This document shows positions 22,487 to 34,465 of a stretch of DNA of 58,928 nt, piece by piece. The stretch is from Octopus bimaculoides (lineage: Eukaryota), in NCBI RefSeq assembly GCF_001194135.2, contig NC_068991.1:50819725-50878652 (forward strand), in the 5' to 3' direction. The notes beneath the pieces were generated by a model. That model saw only the letters and a list, made by a program, of their open reading frames with translations, was not told where the DNA came from and made no database searches. Position numbers and translations under genes: made by a program. The stretch's first letter is position 1; every line of letters begins with the position of its first letter.

Positions 22487-24816
22487 CTAATTCTTGCTCG
22501 GCACCGCTGATTTGCCTGGCATTATTCGAGACACTACTACTTCTTATCTTGTAGTTTCTCCCGCTTAAGGATCTTTTTTTAAAAATATCAACTCAGACCT
22601 CTTTTTTCCCCTTTTTTCTTCGCCGTCAATCAACCTATCATACACACATTTTCTATGTATACGCGCACACACAGACAGACACACACACATACATATAAAT
22701 TCATGTGTACAACACTCGGATCTAGCTGACCATGTGAAAGAGATCGCCGATAAGTAAGGGCTGTCTTTTAAAGCCATCTAAATTATATTACTGGGCATTT
22801 TACAATCATGGTATCGGTGTTAGACAGACCAGAACTGACGAAAGAAGGTAAACCAGGCATTTTCTATTTATTTATTTTCTTCATTTATTTATATTTTTAC
22901 TTATTCACCTATTTCTATAACTGTCTTGGTTACGTCCATTCGTCTTTCTATCTTTTACACTTCACGTTGCTTCTACCCAAATACAGTTGAAATATCATCA
23001 ACAACAACTTAAAAACGAACCAAAAATTTATCCTTTATTAAATTCCCAACGTTTTCCCCTCTATTTCTAGCAATGTTTTCTCATGTTTATATCATCTCAT
23101 ATTTCTTCTTTCTCTCACGAACGATCATCTCTTAGAAGGAGACTATTATTATTTTAGTTTGTCGTGCATGTCATATTTTGGTGTATTTTATCTACTAAGA
23201 TACACGATTTATTATTATTTATATTGATGATATTACTTTTAAGGTACAAGGCCGCAGGATGGAGTCCGTGATATGATCATTATTAGCAATATTGATGAAA
23301 ATGGCGTGAATATAAACCTACAAACACGATATAACAAAGATCTGGTTTATGTATCCTTTCACGATCCATCTGATCATAGACAATATTTTGGTTTACATTC
23401 GTCTGATAGGGAGTTGTTACTTCACGATTCTTCAAACACATTCATACACTCAAGTCTCTCACCATCAGTCGATCAAATTTCACGCACTTGTTTTACTTTT
23501 CTTTCTGCAACCAAACAAAACCGTGTTTATATCTGATGTGTATGTGTGTGTGTGTTTATATTTATTTAATGACGCTCAAACGTTGAATCAATCAAATATA
23601 TCATATATCTCCATTCAAATCATGTTCGACAGAATTTTCATTTTGGCAGTCAGAAAACTTTTTCCACACATTTCCTGACAAACTGTGTCGGTAACTTATA
23701 AACTAAACCATTTGCCAAAGACAGTATTTTTATTTTTTCAACTTAGCCAAGACCTCGGTGCTTTTAGATTTTTCAGTTTTCTTTTCAGTCGGTTAAGTCT
23801 AAATACTGTTTTTAATTTAAGCGTCTTAATTATTGTTATTATTTATGAATGTTCCAGTTAGTGTTTCGGGCGTTCAGTTCTCTTTCTAGTGGACCCGTTT
23901 GCCCTGCATGCCTTTGTTCTCCCTATCTTACACATGCAGCCACTAATTCGGGTAAAAAACTTAGTCTGAAGCATGCACAAAGCAGATCTGCCTCCCCCCC
24001 CCTATCTTTCTCTCTCTCACACACACACACGCACAGAATCACACGTACACATACATTCATACACAGTTACATATACGCATACGAACGCACACAATATATA
24101 CAGTCACACATACACACCGTCACACCCATACATACGATACAGTTGCATACACATAGTCAAACATACATATTCATACACACACAGTCTCATACACATAGTC
24201 AAACATACATTCATACACACACAGACACCTACATCCACACATACACACACACATACAGTCATATACACGCACACTCTAGTATTATATATATATATATATA
24301 TATTCATTGTTATTGTTCTTTCCGTTATTTCCAATCATTCACTCACCATCGAAGTTGCAATATTCAGCTAATCAATATTGCTTTTAAACTATCCTAGACT
24401 CTAACTTTCTTCTCCGTTACACTATAAATTGAAAGTGTGTCTCGAAGATGATTATTGAAAATACTTTCAATGCTTTTTACATATAATAGAAAATTTTAAT
24501 TTTTATTTTCTTCGTGCTTACCCCTCTCTTTCTCTCTTTCTCTCACATTGTGCGCACAAACAACAAAGAAAGAAACAGGTTACAGCAACCCGTTACAAAC
24601 ATTAAAAAAAATACTAAATGTAAATTGTAATCAGAATTTAAATATTAAAATAAATCACCATCAAAAGGGAATCGTCCGACTTTGGAAACTCTGATAACAT
24701 TCCGTCCCTTGTGTTAATAATAGTAATAATATTACCCCCTACAATGCAGAGGGGGAAGAAACTGCAGTGTTGGTCGCTCCATACCTATCCACCACCCCGA
24801 TAAATACGAGTATTTT

Positions 24817-24852
<36 letters not shown>

Positions 24853-25123
24853 CGATGTTGTTGTTGATGATGATGATTAACAATTTCATATTGACTATTC
24901 GTCATGGTTTCGTCACTCGACGGTCTTACCGAGGATTGCCGTCGAATATAATATAATCATATATTATATCTCGTTTACCCGAAGCGATTTTTCTCCATTC
25001 ATAAAAATATTCTATTGTCTAGTCTCTTCACTCCCTCCACCCAGTTGTCCACCGAGAAATACACTGCTTTTTTGCCTCTATCTTCGGTTGCATTATCTGT
25101 CTGGTGGACCCAACAATCTTAAG

Positions 25124-25159
<36 letters not shown>

Positions 25160-26227
25160 TTGATAATAATAACAAATAAACAATAAATAAATAGATATGT
25201 ATGTATTAATATAATATATGAATTCCTAGGATATATTCTCGTTTCTTCAACTTCATTCATCTTCTTTGCGAGCTGTTAGAATCATTTCTGTCTTGTGAAT
25301 CAGCGACGAAAGTAATTGAAATCTCCGTCATTGCCAATTACTGCATTTTTCCTACTTTACACAACAACACCCTGTCAAATAAATATTTATTTTGTTAAAT
25401 AAACAAAGACTTTTCCTTTTGTTTGTGCAGTTTCTGAGTTAGAGGGAATCGCTGTCTAGTTTAACTGTCTAATTCATTCATTGTTTAAACAGTGTGAATT
25501 AGTCGAGACTACTCACTGTCAATGTAAGGGGAGAGTGTACTTTTTTTCTTTCTGATTTACGTTGCCAAAAGAGCACGTGAATGAATGTAAAGTGAGATTT
25601 AGTAGAAAATGTTTCCAGGTATACGATAGAAACTCTTCAAAGACACATATTTCGGTAAGGTGACAGTTCAAGAAACGAATTTCTAACATAAGCACAACTT
25701 TTTTTCTAAGGGTGAAGAGAGTGCAATTGGTTTGATTGATATTAATTCTATCGACCCTCAATGAATGAACGATAAATGTCAAGCCTCGCCGGATTTGAAC
25801 TCAGGTGGTAAAAGCAACATTTAAATGTTTTCATTATTTCTGTTATTCGAGGTGAGGTCGTTGTAGTTTCGATTCCCGATTGGAACTTCTTCACATTATT
25901 TACGATGCTAACCTCTCCAGGAAACAGATGAAACATTTCAATTTCCAATTTGCTTTGTCTACAAATGTCACGCCTGATACCTATAAAAGTCGTAGTTCTT
26001 GCTTTTTTTGCTTTTTTCGTACTCTGCAGTCTTCCTCCGATCCTACCTTGCTGCTGCCGTTGTTGCTGCACTTTCATACTGTTCGCTTGAAGTAACTCTC
26101 GGGGAAGACCCCCCCAAAAGCATGCGAACGATTTCTCAGTTGCACATTACCATTCCAACGCACCAACTCTCTCTCGCTTCCACCCCCACACCTTTGTTAT
26201 AGACACAGTCATACCTCAACATGCACG

Positions 26228-26266
26228 CACGTGGCTAGACGTGTCCCTCCCCACCACTATCACGTG
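26228..26266. promoter_or_regulatory. Two CACGTG E-boxes 33 bp apart
   Basis: CACGTG at 26228-33 and 26261-66, in unique CpG-rich sequence rather than in a microsatellite. Confidence 0.35.
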
Positions 26267-26821
26267 CAGCATGTTTGTCGAGAGTGACTTAACAAGTTGC
26301 GTTTAATCTTGACTCGTTACAAAATCATTATTTTCACATAAGACATGAGGCTGCTTGTTGTCATAGAAACCAACCTTCTTTCTCTTCGCTCTCATTCCTC
26401 CTCCCCCGCCAATTATTCTGCTAGTCTGCTGCCACAATTCCGTAAATCCCGTCTCTCTCTCTCTCAGTTTTGAAAATTATTCCCCTCCTGTCGCCCTATC
26501 CGAGAATGCTTAAGGTCTCACTGCATATTTCAGCAAACATTTATGGAATTTATTTAACGCAACACAACAGGGATACTATTTAGTTAATTAATGACTGTTA
26601 AACAATTATTAATTAACCAGCCTGATAGTACTTGTGATGTAAAACATGATTTAACAACTGAAAATAACGAATCATTATTTCAACTTCAAGTTCAGTTTTG
26701 TCCAATTTACGAATTCCATTGTATTTGGAGTTCGATATTTCTAGTTCTTGTTTGTTATATTTTCACTGATCGATATGCTAAGTATTGCCAGAAAAAATGC
26801 TGTATTTTGGTTAAATTTGAA

Positions 26822-26914
26822 ATGATTGCTATTTTATAGCTGAAAGATTCGTATGATTGCTATTTTATTGCTGAAAGATTCGTATGATTGCTATTTTATT
26901 GCTGAAAGACTCGT
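26822..26914. repeat. 31-bp tandem repeat, 3 copies
   Basis: atgattgctattttat(a/t)gctgaaaga(t/c)tcgt starting at 26822, 26853 and 26884. Confidence 0.9.
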
Positions 26915-27341
26915 CTTCGATATGAATTACTCGATCCGATTGTTTCATTCATTGTCAATGGTTATTGACATTTCACGTCCACCACGAACAGCAGGCACTC
27001 GTCCGAGAGACTAACTGGTCCAGTTCAGATATCCGAATCATCAAATAGATTAATAGGGGTAAATTATATTTAATTATGGTAGCTATGAATGGCCTCCAAT
27101 TAATTGTCTTTTGTTTTAAACTGTTTTCTTTTTCTTCTTATTAAAGATATAAATTATGACTCAAACAGTGCACACGCACACACAGTCATTATATTACATT
27201 ATACGTATATGTATGTATGTGTGTGTGTGTGTGTGTGTGTGGAGGCACGTGGTCCAGTGGTTAAGGGATTGCACTCACGGTCGTTAGTTTGTGATTTCGG
27301 TTCCTGGACCTTGCAATATATTGTGTTCTTGAGCTAAACAT

Positions 27342-27744
27342 AGGCGCAGGAGTGACTGTGTGGTAAGTAACTAGCTTACCAACCACATGGTTCCGGGTTC
27401 AGTCCCACTGCATGGCACCTTGGGCAAGTGTCTTCTACTATAGCCTCGGGCCGACCAAAGCCTTGTGAGTGGATTTGGTAGATGGAAACTGAAAGAAGCC
27501 TGTCGTATATATGTATATGTATATATATATATGTGTGTGTTTTTGTGTTTGTGTTTGTCTCCCCAACATCGCTTGACAACCGATGCTGGTGTGTTTACGT
27601 CCCCGTAACCTAGCGGTTCGGCAAAAGAGACCGATGGAATAAGTACTAGGCTTACAAAGAATAAGTCCTGGGGTCGATTTGCTCGACTAAAGGTGGTGCT
27701 CCAGCATAGCCGCAGTCAAATGACTGAAACAAGTAAAAGAGTAA
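27342..27744 (+). mobile_element. Young full-length family A SINE nested in a family C SINE (about 27240-27830)
   Basis: Complete head, core and tail. The 7-bp TSD taaacat splits the host SINE. Confidence 0.9.
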
Positions 27745-27858
27745 ACATTTCATTTCACGTTGCTGCAGTCCAGTCAGCTGGCAAAAATGTGTAATTTTGG
27801 GACGGGCCGGTGTTCCGTCCAAGAGTAAATCCATATATATAATTAACACACACACACA

Positions 27859-28013
27859 CGTAGCTAGAGTGTGTGCCGCTCGGGGCGGTCCTTCCGTTTG
27901 CCGTCCCCGGACCCCACAAAAAACGCATATTGCCTACAACAGGATGAAGTGTCGCCCCTTTAAAAGTGCCGCCCGGGGTGGATTGCCCCTACCACCCCCT
28001 AACTACGCTAGTG
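27859..28013. mobile_element. MITE, CpG-intact copy (same family as 16466-16715)
   Basis: cgtagctagagtgtgtgccgctcggggcgg...ctaactacgctagtg. Confidence 0.6.
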
Positions 28014-29825
28014 CACACACGCACACACACATACGTACACACACACATACATACATACATACATACATGCTATGTGTGTTTGTATTATATATCTCGTTCA
28101 TAATAGTTGAAAACATTTCTGCCCTAAGTAACTGATTTCAAATTTTGGCACAAGGCCAGCAAGTTCGAAGGCGGGGTGGGGATAAATCGATTACATCAAT
28201 CCAGTACTCGACTGGTACTTATTTTATCGACCCGAAAACGATGAACGGTAATGCTGACCTTGCTGGAATTTTGAACTCAGAACGTGAAGACGGACGAAAT
28301 GCTGCTAAGCATTTTTACCCTGTATGCTAATGGTTCGGCCAGCACGCTGCCTTCTGACCTGCTTAATTGACATAAATAAATCAGCAAAGATAAATAAGTG
28401 AGAGCGACTAGTCTTTGAACTGCGAAGATGAAGAAGAGTAGGTAACGGCACTATCTCCATATGAGCAGTGAAAATCATAACAAGAATTAAGAATTCCTCA
28501 AAGTTGATATGACTTTTCAGAAAAGAGTCGTCTGATTGGTCGAAGACTAGAGGAGAGCTGTGAGCACATGTTTCTGCCTTAATAGGTGTCATCAGCACAG
28601 TAACTGTCCTACCTTAATTATAATATATACGAAAACAGAGTTGAACAGATTTATGGCTGGGGTAATTGGCAGAAATAGCAAGAAAATGAGCCAAAGAGAA
28701 CTAACTGAGAGTGGTCAGTCACTTTGGCAAATCCTTGTCAACTTTTTCTCATCATTTAACCAATGTCCCCACCATGATCTTTCTGTCTTCGTTTCTGCTG
28801 AATTATTTTTAGATTTATATTTCTCAATGTTTTACTTCTATTTTAAAAAATGATAAGGTGTAGTTTGAGGGAGATTTCAGTTGCTAATTGTTAAGTATTG
28901 AGTGACTAGTTGGCTTCCTCATAAGTTTTTTCCCCCTCCAAACCACTACATCACTCCTAGCTAACATTCATCACATGAAGTTGGAGTCTGCTTTCTTCCA
29001 AAATATATTATATATGATACCTATCAAATCCCTTATCACTTTTTTCCCTCAAAAAAACATGGAATACAACCGACCATCTCTTTCAGTGTAAATATACCTT
29101 ACACTGAAGAAACATACCATTAAATATTACCCACAATGCTTTGAAATGATCATACCACACTTAGAAGTTAAGCAATTAAATGGAAAATGGTAGAAGCACG
29201 AAAAACCATCACAGAACATAACTGTAACACTATTCTATAGTCTCTCTCCCTCTTTATTTCTCTTATAAACCCTCTCTTTCTCTCCTCTTACTCAATGCTG
29301 ACAAAGTGCACACAAACATTGCAACAACATCATCAAACTCATTAGTACCAAACACTGTGCCAAGATTTACTCTATTCGGTGGTATAGCTAAAGGGTGTGC
29401 CACCAGACGCAGCACTTTCATTTGTCACCCAAACAGGCTTATGCAGCAGACCCAAAAGTGCCACCGTCATAAAAAGCATCACCTTACTTTCTTCCCCTTA
29501 CTTTCTTCTCCTGCTCACTCCCCCACTCAGCTCTGCTACTGACTCTTACGAATCATCCATTCTACTATAATAGGCACAAGGCCCAAAATTTGTGGGGAGG
29601 AGTATAGTCAATTACATCGGCCCCAGTACGTGACTAGTTCTTAATTTATCAACCCCAAAAGGACGAAAGACAAAGTTGACCTCAGTGGAAATTAAACTCG
29701 GAACATAACGACAGACAAAATGCCGCTAAGCATTTTGCCTGGCAAATGCCGAACAACATCATGTTGTTATATTTCAGGAGGGTCATTCTGCCAATAACAA
29801 CACTTCATTATCATTTGTTGGTTAC

Positions 29826-30213
29826 TCTTTTACTCTTTTCAGTCATTTGACTGTGACCATGCTGGAGCACCGCCTTTAGTCGAGCAAATCGACCCCAGGA
29901 CTTATTCTTTGTAAGCCTAGTACTTATTCTATTGCTCTCTTTTGCCGAACCGCTAAGTTACGGGGACGTAAACACACCAGCATCGGTTGTCGAGTGATGT
30001 TGGGGAGGGGCGGACAAATACAGACACACAAACAAACACACATATATACATATATATACGACGGGCTTCTTTCAGTTTCCGTCTACCTCACAAGGCTTTG
30101 ATCGGCCCGAGGCTATAGTAGAAGACACTTGCCCAAGGTACCATGCAGTGGGACTGAACCCAGAACCATGTGGTTGGTAATCAAGCTACTTACCATACAG
30201 CCACTCCTGCGCC
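29826..30213 (-). mobile_element. Young full-length family A SINE
   Basis: Near-exact reverse complement of 27342-27744. Confidence 0.9.
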
Positions 30214-30272
30214 TTAGGTTGGTTAACTATTTATCCAATTAATTAATCAATTGTTTGATTAATTGTTTAGAG

Positions 30273-30867
30273 CAGTGTTCTGCAACCAGTATGCTGTGAC
30301 ACCCTGGTGTGCCATGAGACGATGCTAGGTGTGCCGCAGAGTAACCTGAATATATTTTTTTCCCTATACTTTTAGTTATATTTTAGTTCAGGTGTACCGC
30401 TGAATTTTGTAAAGAATATAAGTGTACCGCGGTGGAGGCGCAGTGGCCCAGTGGTTAGGGCAGCAGACTCACGGTCATAGGATCGTGGTTTCGATCCCCA
30501 GACTGGGCGTTGTGAGTGTTTATTGAGCGAAAACACCTAAAAGCTCCACGAGGCTCCGGCAGGGGATGGTGGCGAACCCTGCTGTACTCTTCCACCACAA
30601 CTTTCTCTCACCCTTTCTTCCTGTTTCTGTTGTACCTGTATTTCAAAGGGGCCAGCCTTGTCACACTGTGTCACGCTGAATATCCCCGAGAACTACGTTA
30701 AGGGTACACATGTCTGTGGAGTGCTCAGCCACTTGCACGTTAATTTCACGAGCAGGCTGTTCNNNNNNNNNNNNNNNNNNNNNNNNNNNNNNNNNNNNNG
30801 CGACGGAGTGCCAACAACAACAACAACAAGTGAACTGCAAATGAAAAAAAAAGGTTTCAGGGCATTG
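30273..30867. mobile_element. hAT (Charlie-like) MITE 1, interrupted by a family B SINE
   Basis: Starts cagtgttctgcaacc and ends ggtttcagggcattg, flanked by GTTTAGAG. An uninterrupted relative lies at about 36388-36570. Confidence 0.75.
30431..30827 (+). mobile_element. Family B SINE
   Basis: tRNA-like head gtggaggcgcagtggcccagtggttagggcagcagactc, (CAA)n tail, imperfect TSD aagtg(t/a)ac(c/t)gc. Confidence 0.9.
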
Positions 30868-30875
30868 GTTTAGAG

Positions 30876-31124
30876 CAGGGGTTTTCAAACATTTTGACTT
30901 GCGGACCCCTTTATATTTCAGGCTTTACCTTAGGGACCCCCTTATAAACGCTTATGAAATTTTTAACAGTATTTAACAAAAAGGTTTATTGTCAATTAAA
31001 AGATTTCGATTAAAAAACATATATAAAATCAAATTGCCCATGAAAAGTATTTGCTGTCCACGGACCCACTGTCTTGTCCTTGCGGACCCCCTGTGGTCCA
31101 GGGACCACAGTTTGAAAACCCCTG
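30876..31124. mobile_element. hAT (Charlie-like) MITE 2, 249 bp
   Basis: Perfect 15-bp TIRs caggggttttcaaac/gtttgaaaacccctg and an exact 8-bp TSD GTTTAGAG. Confidence 0.92.
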
Positions 31125-32227
31125 GTTTAGAGAATCAATTAGTCAGGTGTGTCAAAATCCTTCTGTTGCCATTTGTAACTTCATCAACGACATACCTTCT
31201 CTTTCTATGTCTGCTTCAAATCTGTCCATTCATGATTTTACTGTTTTTATTTTAACTCTTCTGTTTCTTTGTCTAATTCACAACCATTAATCTTTAACTC
31301 TGTGGTTCATCACACAGTTTCTTTGATACTTTTCAAGATATACATTACTATTAAACCTTCAGAGAGGCATTATACCGGTAATAAACACACACACTGGTTC
31401 AGTCCTTTATTTATTTATAAACGGTATTTAGTTTCTTTTTTTTTTGTTAAATCATTTCATTGCACTCTTGCAAATACACATACGAAATAAGATATACATT
31501 GTTCTTTTTTTCTCTTGTCCTCCTGACCAATAATATCTTCTATCTTTTATTTGTTTCACTCATTGGATTGTGGCCATGCTGGGGCACTGCCTTGAAGAAT
31601 TATTTTAGTCGAATGAATCAACCCCCAGTACCTTTTTCTTTAAAGTCTATTTCACTTCGTTATTATTTGTCGGTTGGTTAACCATTTATTCAATTAACTA
31701 ATTGATTGTTTGATTAATGGTTTAGAAAATCAATCAGTTAGGTTTGTCAAAATCCTTTTGTTGCCATTCACACCCTCATCAATGACATACCCTCTCTTTC
31801 TAGGTCTGATTCAAATCTATCTGTTTATGATTTTTGCTGTTTTTATTGTAACTCTTCTGCTTCTTTGTCTCATTCATAAACCATTAATCTTTAACTCTGT
31901 GGCTCATTCCACAATTTCTTTGATACTTTTTAAAGTATACATTGGTTTCTCCTGCCTTCCTATCCAAAAATGTCTTTTATCTTTTACTTGTTTCACTCAA
32001 TAGACTGTGGCCATGCTGGGGCATCACCTTGAAGAATTATTTTAGTTGAATGAATCAATCCTAGTACTTATTTTTTTAAAGCCTGGTACTTACTCTATTG
32101 GCCTGTTTTGCTGAACCACTAAGTTACGGGGATGTAAACACACCAACACCAGTTGTCAAGCAATAGTGGGGGACAAACACAAACAACAAAGACCTACACA
32201 CATATAGATATATACAAATATATATAT

Positions 32228-32516
32228 ATCATCATCATCGTTTAACGTCCGCTTTCCATGCTAGCATGGGTTGGACGATTTGACTGAGGACTGGCAAGCC
32301 AGAAGTCTGCACCAAGCTCCAATCTGATCTAGCAGAGTTTCTACAGCTGGATGCCCTTCCTAACACCAACCACTCCGAGAGTATAGTGAGTGCTTTTACG
32401 TGCCACTGGTACGAGGGCCAGTCACACGGTACTGGCAACAGCCTCACTCAAAAAGGTTTTTTTTACATGCCACCTGCACAGGAGCCAGTCCAGCAGCACT
32501 GGCAACGACCTCGCTC

Positions 32517-32520
<4 letters not shown>
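32228..32520 (-). mobile_element. Family E SINE, partial
   Basis: Homologous to 18735-19190. Confidence 0.8.
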
Positions 32521-32551
<31 letters not shown>

Positions 32552-33394
32552 AAAACATATGTAAACAAACTTTTTTGTTTTTGTTTTTGGAAGCATTGAA
32601 TGTGTATCATATTATGCAGAAAAGAAAGTAATATTTCAAACATGGTATAGCTTCGTAAACAACTTTTCCCGTCATATTAGGGTAAAATATCCAATCTTTC
32701 TGCTGTTTTCATGGCTATACTGCATTTGAAATATTACTTTCTTGTCTGTATAAAATACATATATCTATATCTATATATATAACTTCTATGCTGAAGTGAC
32801 GACACCATGTTCTTTGTCTATCTCCTTAACTTATTGGAGATTTTAGGTATAATTATACTGTGTCCATCTGTTCTAATTTAATTAAATTCTATGTCTTTGT
32901 GCAGCTTGCATTTTAGCTGAGAGGCCTTTGTTTTGCAAGCTACTTGGCAACCCTGATGGTGCCACATAAAAGTCACCTGTGCTGGTGCCGTGTTAAAAGC
33001 ATCTGTGCCAGTGCCATGCAAGAAGTATCTGTGTTAGTGCCACATAAAATAAACATCCAGTGTACTCTGGTTGGTGACAGTGAGGGCATCCAGCAGTTGA
33101 AACCAAGCTAAAATAGACAATTGAGGCCTGGTGCAGCCCCTGACCTTATCAGCTCCTCTCGAACCGTCCACACATGCCAGCATGGAAAACAGACGTTAAA
33201 TGATGATGATGGTGATGATGATTTTGATGTGTGCATGCTTGTTTGTGTTTTTCCCTCTCTTCTCAATAACCAGTGTCAATTTGTTCACATCTCTGTAACT
33301 TAGCAGTTCAAGAAGTAGAGACTAATGAAATAAGGGTCAGATACTAAATAAATACTGGGACTGATTTGATTGACTAAATACCCTTTAACAATCT

Positions 33395-33740
33395 AATCAT
33401 CATCAGCATCATCCAGTGTTTTAAATCCGGGTTTTGTCCCCGTTAATGGTGGTAGCTGGATCTATCTCAATGCCATAGCAACTGCCCTCACATCATCTCG
33501 CTATCTTGCCATCTTGCCTGGTTTTGGGCGTCCTCCTTTTTCAAACCAACCCACCCAATCTCCTCCTCCACCTGTCCCCTCCACCTTTTCCTCGGTCTAC
33601 CTTGCTTTCCATTTACCTCAAACATAATCACCCTCCTCAGAACGTGCTCTTCATCCCTCCTCAATACATGCCCATACCACCTCACTCCATTCGCCCTTGC
33701 CAACTATTCCACTGATTCCTCCAACCCCAGTATTCCCATC
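33395..33740 (-). mobile_element. RTE-clade LINE 3' end
   Basis: VRWYGHVLRRDEEHVLRRVIMFEVNGKQ.GRPRKRWRGQVEEE..GLKKEDAQNQARW, then a short UTR and a (GAT)n tail. Confidence 0.85.
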
Positions 33741-33784
33741 AGATCCTTCCACAATCTAATGACTGAAATAAATAAATAAAATTA

Positions 33785-34040
33785 AAATAAATGCGCCCTT
33801 TTAAAGCCTAGCCAGGCTAATGGGCCCTGTTTCCCAGTTTCAATGGCATATGTGTTCCCCAGCTGGACGGGACGCCAGACCATCGCAGCGTTACTCACTT
33901 TTGCCAGCTGAGTGGACTTGAGCAACGTGAAATGAAGTGTTTTGCTCAAGAACACAGCGCGTTGCCCGGTCCAGGAATCGAAACCACAATCTTACAATCA
34001 TGATTCTGACACCCTAACCACTAAGCCGCGCGCCTCCACT
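33785..34040 (-). mobile_element. Young family C SINE
   Basis: Head gtggaggcgcgcggcttagtggttagggtgtcagaatc, with CpGs intact. Confidence 0.8.
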
Positions 34041-34465
34041 AAATAAAGAAATAACGTATATTAAAGAATAATATTGATTTCTTTATTGCCCACAGGGGTG
34101 CTAAACATAGCAGGGACAAACAAGGACTGACAAAGGGATTAAGTTGATTACATCGATCCCAAAAGGATGAAAGGCAAAGTCAACCTCAGTGGAATTTGAA
34201 CTCAGAACGTAATAGCAAATGAAATACTGCTAAGCATTTTTCCTAGTGTGCTAACAATTCTGCTAAGCATTTTTCCTGGTGTGCTAACAATTCTGCTAGC
34301 TCGCCACCCTTATATAAAAGAATAATAACATTTTACAACCATATTCTTAGAATAAACAGTTTCATGTAAAATATAAATCATCCACCACCACCACCAACAA
34401 CAACATCACCACTACCACCACCACCACCACCACCTGCTTGCCAAAATATTGACTGGTTCTAACCA

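Larger units (their letters stand above)
21500..28340. promoter_or_regulatory. CpG-retaining island, probable unmethylated promoter/5' region
   Basis: CG dinucleotides are visibly abundant here, including (GCG)n and (ACG)n at 22380-22433, and are scarce in the flanking unique DNA. Repeats inside the island keep their CpGs. Confidence 0.6.

Noticed and set aside
25748-26077. 109-aa minus-strand ORF MKVQQQRQQQG... at the island
   Set aside because: No recognisable domain, it runs into a SINE remnant, and it contains a strong donor after codon 10. At most it is a first-exon fragment.
30431-30510. tRNA-like heads of family A-D elements as true tRNA genes
   Set aside because: They continue into SINE bodies with tails and TSDs, and the cloverleaves are incomplete.
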